DNA of 64,000 nucleotides from Polyangia bacterium (GTDB lineage Bacteria; Myxococcota_A; Polyangia; Palsa-1104; JAEUJZ01): NCBI GenBank assembly GCA_044228505.1, contig JBGAUT010000011.1, positions 9,094 to 73,093 of the forward strand, read 5' to 3'. Shown piece by piece: positions 57,101 to 64,000 of this stretch (position 1 is its first letter; each line of letters starts with the position of its first letter). The notes under the pieces were generated by a model. It saw only the letters and a program-made list of their open reading frames with translations, ran no database searches and was not told where the DNA came from. The position numbers and the translations under genes were made by a program.

Positions 57101-57734
57101 TCCTGGATTCCAAAGTGCGACCAGCGAAGTCCTCCGCCTGTTTGCCATCGATGCCGAAATCATGGTGGCTCATCAGGTTCCCGGAACCGCTCTCGCGCTG
57201 GAACTACCGGCCGGACGACGCGTGGCGCTGCTCGATCAGTCGGTACTCGGGATGGGCGATAGCGAAAGGCGATTCTTACTCGGCCGTACACTCGACGCAC
57301 TGCGCGGCGGCTACGCCACCTTGTTGAGGCTTTCGCCAAGCGAGCTGATTCAGACCAGCCGTCTGATGTCGATGCTGCTGCTTCCGACCACGGAACAGCC
57401 GCCGGAAAGTCGCGAGTTCATGCAACTTCTGCCTCGTCGGTCGCAGCAGGTTTTCGAGCGTGCCGCTCAGATTCGGCCAACCCAAACGGTGGTCGAGGTG
57501 GTTTCAAGCTTTGGCCTCTGCGCCGAGCGCGCCGGACTCCTGGCAGCCGACGATATTGCGACCGCTGTCCAGGTGATGGTGCGGATGCAAGGCGAAGACT
57601 TGGCGGCGCTTGGGGAAGGTGCAAGTGGCCTGGTTCTGGGGCATGCTCCCCACGGTGCCGAGCTAGTCCGGTACTTCCTTTCGGACACCTTCCACGAACT
57701 TACTCTGACGCTCCGAGAACCATCGCGCTTGTGA
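51111..57734 (+). CDS. Giant tetratricopeptide-repeat protein (2207 aa) with ~350 aa non-TPR C-terminal domain
   Basis: Dozens of 34-aa TPR units (A..YE.AL..DP....A...L..LY) run from aa ~550 to ~1850. No enzymatic motif is recognised. Confidence 0.8.
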   Translation: MSESAAPHAEPPGSRSAESAQSPSPEVRLQALVGQTAQPVLDDLLPLLIAELTEARDPSEYAEQAVRMALLLWDGQGKADAALALLGSVHHPVASALRLQAALDGSTQGNALSEHTDWVVRHGSSDEKTELGEIMFWRGELDIAQSLLAEGSSVRTYALLLTSQALTSRAADVISSSQDGNDLLWAASLRWQASQGSSDLASVIVSLEKLAQQAEHQVFLSGLAGMVLKLRAGEQHLACLPAYGPGQWQLLNERFGLLGGDAALRGSSPSVELLVTALELATASMNSRVMASQAADLLISISQVISISPTVAGQVSQHLIERRAAQQLEHIGRHREAAYFWQSQANRLLESLPPPAAETEVDQWNRALALAHLYRAVECWSLAVPQVGDEARNQAIQLSTRLLGFGVVDEILALRIAGLLLQGSDRRAVCDWLRSCAHACPQAHPERAILVVHSARAAEALQSGDREAPLSLPTTADRATLHTLARQFRRRGELPKLLPVYRALSTAPASGESDSVAATYASVAVTLAVCLLPDELPEPILGETDVQQLLRNLLAVAEPFADSPGGLLVAAARALTCQRRSHDSELIDSLVLLLNRLQNPRNKLRLLKQLGHHATEAGDLQRAEVSYQEVLESDPSDVVAMHALARLSQQRGDTHQAIELLKTAVEAALSIGGDPGSQQPSTMAMLSPRKLGLGDSHAPVGAQAAALLACELGALFEQRAQAGDASALAEALTAYEGALRRDPRCRPAARALVSLYRALNRPTEQLTAMRRLLPLVRDDSQRLSLLVELGQLAQQQSKLLGGDSSAPLIEQAIDAFGEALALEPTHEAALESLVELCQLDGRYGLIAETLERAPKTPRFLRTLCEAYQQLGQPEGLARALEDLLPLLTDPPEILSTLRQLAELYQRLERPSDEIRTWERVYEQSPELILGDTKILLQLEHRYGTNGRHADQANLLLRALSRVDQVRVKLSDEESAHKRQLLLRLGQVQREFLQANRDAVQTFERVLTEWPEERTALTALVGLYAQGEQSGELRRTLTALLKQVHEPSERSRYLFQLGELLDKLGEADDAYRLYGEAFFLDPANRAAFTAYERTCYRRQQWPDAIKIYETALRLIETQKTRSYRPADLHLRRGQVQLQYLQQIDDALVSYSKALESDAENDATQATLERIYAGRNQWKELLSAYERRAQLVRDDSKRVEILRRAARVATAKLRDVIEAVRFYEKLHAVDPTDTESLDALEHHYESTRDFEKLAALLSTRVTLANEEPQIIALHMRIGLLCEEGLRDHDRAISAYRQVVEAQPTHREALDAMARLLEANERWTELVEVTRRQIRLVTDRQHKALLYFKCGSVTEAKFGKEDEAIRYYEAAVRTSAACLPALHSLRDIYVRREDYARVTQTLELESKLWTEPKEQAGILAHIGQIYLDKLHQAERAVEYYERALTVDKDCLPAHRALFHVYYQRGDFYRTYQTGQVLLVRAAREGEPAERSGFHAKRAHAASKVGELRVACESVVLALEIWPENMAALGLLVQLCLSSETGFDLIPTCRELEKQYRRREMPEQLALLLCAQAALAERAGDSDAAEALLGEALRQKPDESQVVELVAAAYTRLARWDGAVTLLQSFIDRLRQASNSALLPTIARCELLLAGLYSEVLLQPESAVKLLRQSLEVSARPDSAVPEQTVQRARFMLAQELFRLGRYLEARTEIDELLQSVQPEGTPTVSPAVLCRYSDYQGRILESLGDMTGAQQAYLKAIDLDPTYAPPVLQLARWGVLTGNRDQAEALLRDAIERASERPIGSPVDERGSEIFLRRGLARLLSASEPQAAVAEYQRLMDLSADDRLLLPLCFDLTSPAGPPLVWDGNDDRIALAEVLLHSIGDTTQAEQTLQIVLGKDLRCAAAYPLLAEVYERRNEIARSRRVKTVSALLGYTTAEKRPQRSGGYRTALGEELRQRLLLPSTVRGSLTVDLLQAMTPGLLKLFPPTWPWPVEVTPAIKISDPGFQSATSEVLRLFAIDAEIMVAHQVPGTALALELPAGRRVALLDQSVLGMGDSERRFLLGRTLDALRGGYATLLRLSPSELIQTSRLMSMLLLPTTEQPPESREFMQLLPRRSQQVFERAAQIRPTQTVVEVVSSFGLCAERAGLLAADDIATAVQVMVRMQGEDLAALGEGASGLVLGHAPHGAELVRYFLSDTFHELTLTLREPSRL

Positions 57735-57816
57735 TCTGCCCCCACCCAAAGGTATTCTTTTGCCTTGATATGGCGGTAGTGGCGGTGCTTACGCAAGAAA
57801 GAGGGCGGACGGGAAC

Positions 57817-58794
57817 ATGGGTGCCAAGTTCAGCTCTGAGCTAGCGGCTCAAGGCGGGGTCGTAAGCCTCAAGCTACGAGGCGTTATCGACGAAGACAAC
57901 GAGCTGACTGGCATCGAAAGCCAGCTCTCGGCGGGCGTCACCGTCCTTGATTTGGCCGACATCGAGCGCATCAACTCGTGCGGGGTCCGCGACTGGGTGA
58001 ACTGGCTCGGTCGCATTGAAAAACTCGGCGCACGCCTGGTGTTCGTCAACTGTTCACCAGCCATCGTCGCGCAGATGAATCTTGTTCATAACTTTTCGGC
58101 GAGCGGCATCGTTAAGAGCTTCTACGCCCCATACTTCTGCCCGCGCTGCAACAAAGAGCGCCTCCTTCGGTTGGAGACCCGCGATCTGGTCCATCAGACC
58201 CCGATCACCTCGGCCCCTACCTGTCGCTGCGATGACTGCGACGGGCCGATGGACTTCGACGACATGGAGGAGTCCTATTTCGCCTTCATGAACAACCTGA
58301 AGAAGGTGCTGGGCGACAGCGCGACCGAGGAGATTCTGCAGGCGGTCGCAGCAGCGAGCGAAGGCGGTGCCAAGCAGCGGACCAGAGGGAGCAGCACGGG
58401 CATTACGCCCGCCACTGGACCCGGCCATACGCCAGCTACGCCGTCGACAGGAGCCCCTTCTTCGATATCTCCTGTGAACCGTACGCCGACGAGTCGTTCG
58501 CCAAGCGGCAACATCCCGACTGCCAAGACCCCTCCGGGAAACGCCCTATCGGGTCTGGTGGCACAGCAGGGTGAGGCTCCGACAAACTCGAGCGGCAACC
58601 ACCGCCCGGTTCAAAATGCTGTCACCGCTGGCACAATCGGGTCGGCCACACCGAACGCCACCGATAAGACATCCCTTGCCGCCGGTGGAGCCGCGTCGCC
58701 ATCATCGCTGGTCCGCACCATCATTCCCTGGCTTGGCCTCGCACTGTTTCTCATCGCCGCAATCGGCGTCCTCATCCTCGCCATTGCGAAGTAG
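57817..58794 (+). CDS. STAS-domain (anti-sigma-antagonist-like) protein with Zn-ribbon, Pro/Thr/Ser-rich linker and C-terminal TM anchor
   Basis: SpoIIAA-like fold (VVSLKLRGVIDEDN...VTVLDLADIERINSCGVRDWVNWLG...ARLVFVNCSPAIVAQMNLV). A CPRCN...CRCDDC cysteine cluster follows. The terminal helix is IIPWLGLALFLIAAIGVLILAIA. Confidence 0.55.
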   Translation: MGAKFSSELAAQGGVVSLKLRGVIDEDNELTGIESQLSAGVTVLDLADIERINSCGVRDWVNWLGRIEKLGARLVFVNCSPAIVAQMNLVHNFSASGIVKSFYAPYFCPRCNKERLLRLETRDLVHQTPITSAPTCRCDDCDGPMDFDDMEESYFAFMNNLKKVLGDSATEEILQAVAAASEGGAKQRTRGSSTGITPATGPGHTPATPSTGAPSSISPVNRTPTSRSPSGNIPTAKTPPGNALSGLVAQQGEAPTNSSGNHRPVQNAVTAGTIGSATPNATDKTSLAAGGAASPSSLVRTIIPWLGLALFLIAAIGVLILAIAK

Positions 58795-58853
58795 TCTGCC
58801 GGTTCGGCTGCCCCCATTGCGCTTGAGGGTTCTTTGCGCAACACTTCCAGGCC

Positions 58854-60299
58854 ATGCACGGAAGCGTTGCGGGTGTTTATCCTCGGCAGAGTGAATCCGC
58901 CTTTGCAGGTCTTTCTGACGAAGACCTCCGTCGGCTGCTCAGCTTGGCCTTAGGCAAGGGCGGTGATTACGCCGATCTCTACTTCGAGCACTGTCGGACC
59001 GCCAGCTACGTCTTCGAAGATGAGCGCATCAAGACCGTCGGACGGGGCGTATCGTTGGGCCTGGGCGTCCGCGTACAGCGAGGAGAAGCGACCGGCTACG
59101 CGTATTGCGAAGGTCTAGACGAAGCAGCCATGGCCCGCGCTGCCCGCACCGCCGCCGAGATCGCCGAATCTTCGGCTCGGCCCGGTCCACAGCTCATCGA
59201 TTCTCGAGTCACGCCGTCCTTTTATCACGTCTCGGTCCCGAGCCTCGATTCGCCGTCACCCCATAAGCTGGATCTGCTCCGTCGTGGCGATCGTGCGGCT
59301 CGGGCTGCTGACCGTCGGATCGTCAAAGTGGTGTGTAGCTTTTCCGAGGAACAGCGCGAGATTTTGATCGTAACGGGCGACGGCCTTCGCTACTCCGATC
59401 AGCAGCCACTGATTCGATATGGAATCCATGTCGTCGCTGAAGACGGTATCAAACGACAGTCAGGCAGCAGCGGTGGCGGCGGTCGCTACGGAATCGATTT
59501 TTTCGAGCGCAAGACTCCGGAACACTACGCCCACGAGGCCACCCACGTAGCCCTCGCAATGCTCGATGCCGTCGAGGCACCCGCTGGTCAGCTTCCCGTC
59601 GTACTGGCAGCCGGTGACTCGGGAATCCTGCTCCACGAAGCCGTCGGTCATGGCCTCGAGGCCGATTTTAACCGCAAGAGAACCTCGAACTACGCTGGCC
59701 GCGTCGGGGAACTGGTCGCTTCCGAGCTATGTACTGTCGTAGACGACGGCACCATCGCTAACAGCAGAGGTGCCATCAACGTTGACGACGAAGGCGCACC
59801 GGGTCAGCGTAACGTGCTCATCGAAAATGGCCGCTTGCGTGCTTACATGCAGGACCACCTCTCTGCGCGAATCATGGGCAGCGCGGCCAGCGGTAACGGT
59901 CGACGCCAGAGCTTTCGTCACGAGCCGATGCCACGCATGACCAATACCTACCTACTCGCCGGCCGAGACAGCCCTGAGGACATCATTCGCTCGGTCAGCC
60001 GAGGCGTATTCGCCCGTCGGTTTTCAGGTGGCCAGGTCAACATCTCCAACGGAGACTTTGTATTTTCGCTTACTGAAAGCTACCTCATCGAAGACGGCAA
60101 GCTAACCGCACCGCTCAAAGGGGTAAATCTCATCGGCAACGGTCCCGACGTCCTCACCAAAGTCACCATGCTCGGCCACGACTTCGAGATGTCCGACGGC
60201 ATCTGGACCTGCGGCAAAGAGGGACAGTCGGTGCCAGTGGGCATCGGCACTCCGACCGTCAAAATCGGGGCAATCACCGTCGGTGGAACGCGAACTTAA
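58854..60299 (+). CDS. tldD: Metalloprotease TldD
   Basis: TldD/PmbA fold with the HEAVGHGLEADFN zinc motif. Confidence 0.85.
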   Translation: MHGSVAGVYPRQSESAFAGLSDEDLRRLLSLALGKGGDYADLYFEHCRTASYVFEDERIKTVGRGVSLGLGVRVQRGEATGYAYCEGLDEAAMARAARTAAEIAESSARPGPQLIDSRVTPSFYHVSVPSLDSPSPHKLDLLRRGDRAARAADRRIVKVVCSFSEEQREILIVTGDGLRYSDQQPLIRYGIHVVAEDGIKRQSGSSGGGGRYGIDFFERKTPEHYAHEATHVALAMLDAVEAPAGQLPVVLAAGDSGILLHEAVGHGLEADFNRKRTSNYAGRVGELVASELCTVVDDGTIANSRGAINVDDEGAPGQRNVLIENGRLRAYMQDHLSARIMGSAASGNGRRQSFRHEPMPRMTNTYLLAGRDSPEDIIRSVSRGVFARRFSGGQVNISNGDFVFSLTESYLIEDGKLTAPLKGVNLIGNGPDVLTKVTMLGHDFEMSDGIWTCGKEGQSVPVGIGTPTVKIGAITVGGTRT

Positions 60300-61737
60300 G
60301 TTACCGCGCAAAGCCTTCCCGGATCCAAGATCGGAGAACGACGTGCCACACGTTTCGATTGATAAGCAAAGTGAGCTGCGGGCACTGGCCGAACGAGTCG
60401 CCGAGCTAGCCATAGACGACGGTGCCGATGCTGCAGAGGTCATCGTTGGAGCAGGTGAGTCGCTCAGCGTCAAGATTCGTCAGGGCCAGAAGGAACTACT
60501 CCACGAATCCGAGAGCCACGGGCTAGGGCTGAGGGTTTTTGTCAGCCATCGCTCGGCGGTCTGTCACACCTCGGACCTTAGCGAAGCCGCTCTGCGCCGG
60601 TTTGTTCACGAAACCGTCGAGCTCAGCGAACTGAGCGAACCCGATGAACTCAACGAGCTTCCCGAACGCAGCGATTTGGCTTTTCCAGGCCAACCATTTC
60701 TTGACCTCGATCTATGGGACGAGCAGACGGCACGGCTGTCGGCCCCCGAGCTGTTCGATATGGCGCGTCGCACCGAAGCGGCCGCACTCGGCTATTCCTC
60801 AAAAATCACCAACAGCGATGGCGCGGGCTGCGATCGCAACGCCGGGCACATGGCATTGGCCCTGTGTGACAAGGCTGGGCTGGCATTTTCGGGCGCGTCT
60901 CGCGGGACGTACTGCTCATTCAGCGTCGAAGCGCTCTGCGATGATGAAGGAGGCAAGAAGCGCAATGCCTCTTACTGGTCCGCCCATCGCTTCTTCCAGC
61001 GGCTGGCATCCCCAGAGTCCGTCGGTGCGGAAGCAGCCCGTCGCGCCATCAGCAAGCTCGGAGCCCAGAAGTTGGCCACTGCCGAGTTACCGGTCGTCTT
61101 TGATCCCGATGCCAGCCGAGCCCTGCTCCGCACCTTGGCTGGAGTCATTTCCGGCGGCGCGATCTACCGCAAAAGCTCCTATCTGTGCGGTCGAGAAGGT
61201 ACGCTGGTTGCGTCTCCACTGTTGACCGTCAGCGATGAGCCACTCCTGCCAAGGGGCCCGGGCTCGCGCACTTTCGACGGCGAAGGTTTGCCAGCACGCC
61301 GCAATCTTCTGATCGAGGACGGCGTACTTCGCGGCTTTCTGCTCGACACCTATTCGGCGCGTAAGCTTGGCCGCAAGAGCAACGGTTGCGCGGGCCGCTC
61401 CGTCGGTGGTTCACCGCACGTCACGACCAGCAACTTGATTCTCCGGGCGGGCACCAGTGCCCCGCAATCGCTCCTCGATGGGATTGAGCGTGGGCTGTTC
61501 GTCACCGACATGATGGGGTTTGGTTTTAACGCCGTTACGGGCGATTTCTCACGAGGAGCCGCAGGATTTCTGATCGAAAAAGGTCAGATTACGACCCCGG
61601 TCAGCGAAATTACAATCTCGGCCAACTTTGATGAGCTACTCAAACGAATCGACGCGGTTGGCAACGACCTAGATGATCGTTCGTCAACCATGAGCCCGAG
61701 CCTTCGCGTCTCCCGCATGACCATCGCCGGCCATTAA
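60283..61737 (+). CDS. pmbA: Metalloprotease PmbA/TldE
   Basis: A PmbA/TldD-family paralog immediately downstream of tldD, overlapping its stop by 17 nt. Confidence 0.8.
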   Translation: MERELKLPRKAFPDPRSENDVPHVSIDKQSELRALAERVAELAIDDGADAAEVIVGAGESLSVKIRQGQKELLHESESHGLGLRVFVSHRSAVCHTSDLSEAALRRFVHETVELSELSEPDELNELPERSDLAFPGQPFLDLDLWDEQTARLSAPELFDMARRTEAAALGYSSKITNSDGAGCDRNAGHMALALCDKAGLAFSGASRGTYCSFSVEALCDDEGGKKRNASYWSAHRFFQRLASPESVGAEAARRAISKLGAQKLATAELPVVFDPDASRALLRTLAGVISGGAIYRKSSYLCGREGTLVASPLLTVSDEPLLPRGPGSRTFDGEGLPARRNLLIEDGVLRGFLLDTYSARKLGRKSNGCAGRSVGGSPHVTTSNLILRAGTSAPQSLLDGIERGLFVTDMMGFGFNAVTGDFSRGAAGFLIEKGQITTPVSEITISANFDELLKRIDAVGNDLDDRSSTMSPSLRVSRMTIAGH

Positions 61738-61746
61738 CCAGCGTTG

Positions 61747-62634
61747 CTACATCCCCGATAGATAAGCGGCGATCTCATCGAGGCTCCGTCCCAGTAAGAA
61801 AAACAGGAAGATCACCGCACCGATTGCTAGAAACGGCCCAAATGGCACCGCCACGTGCCGCAGGGTCGCGGTGTCCCCCGCCCTTCTTCGCCACCACAGC
61901 CACGGAATCGCCACCAAAGAACCAAGCACCGACCCGATAAACAGCGTCCAAGGTAGCGCCTGCCAGCCCAAAAACGCCCCCACCAGCGCTAGGAGCTTTC
62001 CGTCCCCCAGGCCTAGTCCTTCGCGCCCGGTCAATCGATAGTACCCCTCCGAGATCAGCCAGATCAGCCCGTACCCAACGGTCATCCCAATCAGAGCATC
62101 CACCAACGCGACATCGCCAAGCAGCCGTCCAGCGAAAAAGAAGAGGACGATGGCCGGTAACGTCACCCGGTCTGGCAGCAGCAAGTGCTGAAGGTCAATT
62201 GCGGCCAGCACCAGCAGGACCAGCACAAAGTAGCTGTGGACCACAAACCGGACGAGCTGACCAGGCAGTTCGCCCCGACCATGCAGCACGAAACGGACGA
62301 ACACCATCGCCGTCAGCGTTGCAGCGAGCGTCTCCAGCAGCGGGTACTGCCAGCCAATCGACGACTTACAACGACGACAGCGACCAAGCAAGAGTACAAA
62401 GCTCAGCACCGGAATGTTGTCATACCAAGCGATCCCCGCATGGCACGATGGACACTGCGACGATGGGCGGACTACCGAGAGGCCTCGCGGCAACCGGTAG
62501 ACACAGACATTGGCGAAGCTGCCCCACAATGCTCCCCAGATGGTGGCGAACACCAATCCCCATGACGAGCGAACGAACCACTCGAGAAAAAGGAAGGTAT
62601 CTGAGGGCATGCCAAGGCGCAGAAGAGTAGCCAC
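61747..62634 (-). CDS. pilD: Prepilin peptidase (A24 family, PilD-like)
   Basis: N-terminal zinc-binding CPSC...CRRC tetrad, DiS_P_DiS-like region and multiple TM helices. Confidence 0.8.
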   Translation of the reverse strand: MATLLRLGMPSDTFLFLEWFVRSSWGLVFATIWGALWGSFANVCVYRLPRGLSVVRPSSQCPSCHAGIAWYDNIPVLSFVLLLGRCRRCKSSIGWQYPLLETLAATLTAMVFVRFVLHGRGELPGQLVRFVVHSYFVLVLLVLAAIDLQHLLLPDRVTLPAIVLFFFAGRLLGDVALVDALIGMTVGYGLIWLISEGYYRLTGREGLGLGDGKLLALVGAFLGWQALPWTLFIGSVLGSLVAIPWLWWRRRAGDTATLRHVAVPFGPFLAIGAVIFLFFLLGRSLDEIAAYLSGM

Positions 62635-62685
62635 CCTCAGCGAGGGCAGCGGTTAGACATGTGGGGGATGCTCAGAGCCAGCGGC

Positions 62686-63642
62686 TTACTGAGCGCAAGC
62701 GCCATCGGTGCAGTGAAGCGAAGCACTCTTGCAGTCGGCAGCAAGCTTGCACTGCGGACTGACTTCGCGGTCGGTCATGCAGTAGCCGGTGTTACAAACC
62801 TTGCCATCTGCACAGCTTGCGCAATCACTGCTCGCCATACAGAAGGTGCGGCATTGAGCGTTGGTACACTCACGGCCCGTACCACAGTCGGCGTTGGTCT
62901 TGCACTCAGGAACTCGACGCTCATCAGCGCGGCAAACGCTGGCGACGCAAATGTCGTTCGCATTCACAGCCTGGCAGTCAGCATCCTTACTGCAAGACGG
63001 ATGGCAAACACTGTCGATGCAGGACTGTCCAGCACCACACTGAGCACTGGTCACGCAAGCCTTGTTGTCGACGGGCTTCGGTGCACAGTGCAGGTTCTGA
63101 CAGGTGCGCCCGGTACCGCATCCAGCATCGCTGGTGCAGGCTTTTTCGCACAATCCGTCAACGCACGTACCACCGGTACCGCACTCACGGTTGAACACGC
63201 AGTGATTCGGAGGAACGGGTGCCTGCTTGCACTGACCGTTCAAACACTCGCCGCCCGATCCGCAGTCGGCTTGAACTCGGCAGGTCTTCGGTGGTGTGGT
63301 CGCTGCGTCCGGCTCGCACGAGTGCCGCGCTGCATTGCAGGTGTAGCCACTCGCACAGTCGGCCTGCTTGTCGCAGTAGCCAGCCTCAGCACACTGACGG
63401 TTGCTACCGCAGTAACAGCCGGGCGCACAATCGGTCGACGCCACACAGGACGCTCCCGGGGGACGGCCATCCTGGGCAACACAGCCCGAGGCGTCGCACT
63501 GGAAACACCCCGTCACGTCACAGTAGGTGTAAAAACGTGTCTTGTTTGCCTCAGTGCAACCCTGCTCCGCGAGCAGTGCGAGGGCACCCAGAAGAGGCGT
63601 TACAAACGATAGAAACCCTTTTAGCGGACGCATAGAGCGCAT
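62686..63642 (-). CDS. Secreted cysteine-rich repeat protein (~8 repeats of a DCG.G..C.-type module)
   Basis: Signal peptide (LSFVTPLLGALALLA). Repeated ADCGSGGECLNGQC, RECGTGGTCVDGLC, DAGCGTGRTCQNLHC, NADCGTGRECTNAQC and similar modules. Real start probably the Met near 63642. Confidence 0.55.
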   Translation of the reverse strand: MRSMRPLKGFLSFVTPLLGALALLAEQGCTEANKTRFYTYCDVTGCFQCDASGCVAQDGRPPGASCVASTDCAPGCYCGSNRQCAEAGYCDKQADCASGYTCNAARHSCEPDAATTPPKTCRVQADCGSGGECLNGQCKQAPVPPNHCVFNRECGTGGTCVDGLCEKACTSDAGCGTGRTCQNLHCAPKPVDNKACVTSAQCGAGQSCIDSVCHPSCSKDADCQAVNANDICVASVCRADERRVPECKTNADCGTGRECTNAQCRTFCMASSDCASCADGKVCNTGYCMTDREVSPQCKLAADCKSASLHCTDGACAQ

Positions 63643-63923
63643 CGGAAGCCCTCCACGATTCGTCGTGTTGAACCTACCAAACACATTTACCATGCTTTGT
63701 GGCTCAGCAGCCAGTATGCCAGCCTTCTGTCATCATCTACAGCGATCGAGCCACCGAATTTCGTTAGCATCCCGCGCACCCGCCAGACTTGGGGCTCCGT
63801 CTTCGCCCAAACCGTGAACAAATAGTCACAGTGCAGGTGTATTCGCCCGTTCGCAGCGTGCGAGCCTCCTTTGGCAAAAATTTGACGCTCCTGGTTGCCA
63901 CGACTGGAATGTCGAGCTGTCTA

Positions 63924-64000
63924 TGGAAACCTGGGCGAACCTTCACCAGCCGGTCATGGCGGACGAATTGCTGCGACTCTTGGCGGTCCGCCCGAGCGGT
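63924..64000 (+). CDS. rsmH: 16S rRNA m4C1402 methyltransferase RsmH (MraW); N-terminus only, the 3' end lies outside the window
   Basis: METWANLHQPVMADELLRLLAVRPSG matches the RsmH N-terminus (H.PVLL.E....L...P.G). Only 26 codons fall within the window. Confidence 0.4.

Noticed and set aside
62659-63612. 317-aa plus-strand ORF
   Set aside because: It is antisense to the Cys-rich repeat protein. Its composition (Ala/Thr/Gly-rich) is a mirror artefact of the Cys codons; the minus-strand product has a clear signal peptide and periodic Cys.

Overview
This is a 64 kb, GC-rich bacterial chromosomal window of roughly 65-68% GC, densely coding on both strands. The gene content points to Myxococcota, but that is inference. 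Supporting features are an eukaryotic-like Ser/Thr kinase with a PEGA domain, two FHA-domain sigma-54 activators, a giant TPR protein, PEGA, FIST and STAS signalling proteins, Cys-rich secreted proteins and beta-propeller lipoproteins. Recognisable housekeeping genes include sppA, msrB, hslO, psuG, an RluA-family pseudouridine synthase, selD, rarA, tldD/pmbA, a prepilin peptidase and the start of rsmH. The items I consider most worth a second look are: (1) a selD whose catalytic Cys is replaced by an in-frame TGA, so it is probably a selenoprotein, and the ORF track split it; (2) an intact anthrax-EF/CyaA/ExoY-family nucleotidyl cyclase preceded by a 250-bp array of ~41-bp tandem repeats; (3) an orphan tandem-duplicated phage-tail-tube (gp19/Afp1-like) protein next to a Ser/Thr kinase; (4) a four-gene block of a small acidic protein, a tandem-AAA+ ATPase, a 2207-aa TPR protein and a STAS-Zn-ribbon-TM protein; (5) an ATP-grasp/HAD/alkaline-phosphatase-family operon divergent from an AurF-like diiron oxygenase; (6) a cytochrome-c/Cu(II) monooxygenase gene that appears split around msrB; (7) a ~1 kb stretch of strikingly low GC inside a PAS-GGDEF-EAL gene; and (8) a bacterial fibrinogen-related-domain protein. 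No rRNA, tRNA, CRISPR or IS elements were recognisable by eye. All calls rest on reading the provided translations and sequence, not on database searches.
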